Source: Methyloprofundus sp. (GTDB lineage: Bacteria > Pseudomonadota > Gammaproteobacteria > Methylococcales > Methylomonadaceae). From it: DNA of 64,000 nt. Positions within the stretch are counted from its first letter, which is position 1. Every line of letters begins with the position of its first letter. The notes beneath the pieces were generated by a model. It searched no databases. It had not been told where the DNA came from and was given only the letters and a program-made list of their open reading frames with translations. Positions 61,891-64,000 of the stretch are shown one piece after another. The translations under genes were made by a program, and so were the position numbers. The stretch is from contig JACUUF010000001.1 in NCBI GenBank assembly GCA_014859465.1, positions 158,719 through 222,718 of the forward strand. The letters are read 5' to 3'.

Positions 61891-62598
61891 CTAATTAGGA
61901 AAAATAGCTTGTCTCATTCTTTCAAAGGAGATTTTCTTAATGTCTTCGACACTTGGATCATCCATTTCTTCAACAACTTGAGAAACGATATTCTTAAAAA
62001 TAACGTTATCCTCAACGCCATCAACATGTTTAGGATAATTAACATTAGGATCTTTATATCCGCTTAAATTTCTGAAAAAATTCAAAAGATTTTTAGATAA
62101 ATAATGCTCATAGATGTCAACAGCGGATAACCCAAGATCATCAAGAATCACCATTAGTGCTGTAAGCGCATGACCGGGTTGTGCATTGATAGAGTTGCTT
62201 AACAAGACTTTCATCGTCTTAACGCGATCAAAGCTAACTGAGCCAGTGCCAATAAGGGTTTCATTTCTCTCCTGGATTTTCTCATAAGTCGATGTTAACA
62301 AGGTACCCAGGTGCTCGTTGGAAGACTTCGTTTCACTTAGGTATTGTGAAATCAAGAAATGAAGCAGATCAATACTTTCAACAATAAGGTTGTCTTTATC
62401 AATAACCTTACCCAGATCTGCGCCATTAGGGCCGCTCTTCCACCACTTCCAGTGAAAACAATCAAGATACTCATTGCATTCACTTAACACCGCACTAGAC
62501 CAGTTTAAATTGGCTTCACGCCAGCCCGGGACAACTTTTTCATTAAGTTCGTCCTGCATATTTACAATATCTTGAAAAATCTTACTTGTATCGTTCAT
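61891..62598 (-). CDS. dut: Dimeric all-alpha dUTPase (dUTPase_2)
   Basis: MQDELN, HWKWWK, VESIDLLHFLIS, KNLLNFFR...GYK, EDN. Confidence 0.88.
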   Translation of the reverse strand: MNDTSKIFQDIVNMQDELNEKVVPGWREANLNWSSAVLSECNEYLDCFHWKWWKSGPNGADLGKVIDKDNLIVESIDLLHFLISQYLSETKSSNEHLGTLLTSTYEKIQERNETLIGTGSVSFDRVKTMKVLLSNSINAQPGHALTALMVILDDLGLSAVDIYEHYLSKNLLNFFRNLSGYKDPNVNYPKHVDGVEDNVIFKNIVSQVVEEMDDPSVEDIKKISFERMRQAIFPN

Positions 62599-62625
62599 AA
62601 CTCACCTCAAAATTTAAATTTAAAA

Positions 62626-62835
62626 TCAATGCTTAATCATCCCTTTTTTCTTCATAAGCTCATACATATCGCCACACCCACCATTACAAAATAAATGACC
62701 AGGCGGAACATCTAGCTCACAACTCGGATTATGACATATGCCGTTTGCTTGAATCTTATCAACCGGCTTACGGTATCTCATGTTTGCTTGCTCTAAAACT
62801 TCCATTTGCGCCTGAGCAATATCTGCTTCATTCAT
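62626..62835 (-). CDS. Small C4 zinc-finger protein (phage DksA/TraR-like)
   Basis: MNEADIAQ N-terminal helix; CHNPSC...FCNGGC. Confidence 0.7.
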   Translation of the reverse strand: MNEADIAQAQMEVLEQANMRYRKPVDKIQANGICHNPSCELDVPPGHLFCNGGCGDMYELMKKKGMIKH

Positions 62836-62892
62836 TTAAGTATCTCCAAAACTTATCTTTATAATAAAAATACGACAATATACACTATATAG

Positions 62893-63456
62893 TTAATTAA
62901 GTCTTCTAAATTTCCACGGTTCCAGCGGCTCTGAATGTGACCAAATTCCCACACCCTTTAATTGCGCCTTATTCTGGAGGTCACTTAACACTGTAGAGTC
63001 AGAATAACGCTCCCAATGCCAAGCCAGTCCTTCTGACACTAAATGTTCAGCAACACTTGTATCATCAATATAAACGCTTGCAAGTAATCGACCATAAGTC
63101 CTTTTGCCATTATGCTTTAAAAGCACCTCTTTACCACGAATCAGGTTATCTAAGGCTATATAAGACTCAAAGCCAAAAGGCTGAACTCGCTCAGTTGAGT
63201 AGTAAATCCCGTATTCTGGAGCGTCAATGTAGTAAATCCGCACTTTTTCAACTCGGCCATCATGAAGTCTAACCTTGATCGTATCGCCATCTAAGACACG
63301 ATCCACAATAGCTGCGGATTCATACTTGTACTCAGAAGAATGGACTGGTTGATTAAGACCTGCAAAAATCAGGATAATCAAGATCACTCCGTAGATTACT
63401 CTCAATAATTTCATAAAGGCCTCTTTAGAAGAACTTGAACTCATATCGATCACCAT
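62893..63456 (-). CDS. Thermonuclease (SNase) family exported nuclease
   Basis: TM/signal; RVLDGDTI, VRIYYIDAPE, YGRLLA, GLAW, GIWS. Confidence 0.92.
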   Translation of the reverse strand: MVIDMSSSSSKEAFMKLLRVIYGVILIILIFAGLNQPVHSSEYKYESAAIVDRVLDGDTIKVRLHDGRVEKVRIYYIDAPEYGIYYSTERVQPFGFESYIALDNLIRGKEVLLKHNGKRTYGRLLASVYIDDTSVAEHLVSEGLAWHWERYSDSTVLSDLQNKAQLKGVGIWSHSEPLEPWKFRRLN

Positions 63457-63619
63457 TTAATTAGTAAGTATTTCCAAAACTCATGTACAGAATAGCATAC
63501 ATGAAAATAAAAAAGCAACACTATTTTGCTAAAGAAATAATATTATTCTAGAAGGCGTAACTAGTTGACTTATATCAAAATTCAATTAAAATCATATTAA
63601 AAATTAGGATTAAAAAATA

Positions 63620-64000
63620 ATGGGGTTTAACTATTTATTCCAAGTTGGATCGGATTTTGGAAAAAGAGAGCGATTAGCTATTATGCAATCCCGATCTTTG
63701 CGAGATGATGAGATAACTTACGCCTGCTTAAATGATATCCAAATCGCGCTTAACCATGTTAAGACATTAAAAAACTGTATACCAGTTGGAACCGTAGAGT
63801 TCTGTAGAAGCGTGGCAAAAATTCAAGGAATTGAACTACCTGAGGAGCTAGCCTTCCTTAAAGAGCTAAAAGAGTTTTATGCAAAGCCATTCAGTTTGAG
63901 GCTTTTCAAAAACGTCCCCAATCACTTCTTTGTAAAACCGGCTAAAGAAATCAAGCTATTCAATGGCGGCGTAAAAGAAAGCCTAACAGAAGTTATCGAC
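63620..64000 (+). CDS. ATP-grasp protein (R2K/DUF4343-like), runs off the window end
   Basis: Manual translation MGFNYLFQ...IPVGTVEFC...FFVKPAKEIKLFNG. Confidence 0.7.
   Translation, partial: MGFNYLFQVGSDFGKRERLAIMQSRSLRDDEITYACLNDIQIALNHVKTLKNCIPVGTVEFCRSVAKIQGIELPEELAFLKELKEFYAKPFSLRLFKNVPNHFFVKPAKEIKLFNGGVKESLTEVID

Overview
AT-rich, gene-dense segment of a large extrachromosomal element, most likely a megaplasmid of a gammaproteobacterium. No virion genes and no conjugative T4SS genes fall in this window. It contains the apparent replicon: parA-parB, seven palindromic parS-like sites, a predicted antisense RNA and a wHTH initiator candidate, arranged like repABC. A StbB-like locus lies nearby. 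DNA-metabolism genes include gyrA-gyrB, a UvrD/Rep helicase, an SNF2 helicase, a YqaJ-like exonuclease, H-NS, a GapR/DsbA-like protein, a dimeric dUTPase and a thermonuclease. Other genes are a reordered type II secretion cluster with prepilin peptidase, an orphan cheY, lemA-htpX, a lipoprotein subtilase, a MoxR-AAA/vWA-metallopeptidase pair and ankyrin paralogs. Mobile elements are a TnpB-only IS200/IS605 element and an IS3. Two features stand out. The first is a circularly permuted (two-piece) tmRNA gene with tag ANDNNFAQARFAA. The second is a shared C-terminal helical motif, E-x3-[ILV]-x2-Y-x3-[LIV]-x3-[LVF], on nine proteins from five unrelated families, which suggests an undescribed common targeting or secretion signal. 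All protein calls rest on motif recognition by eye; no searches were run.
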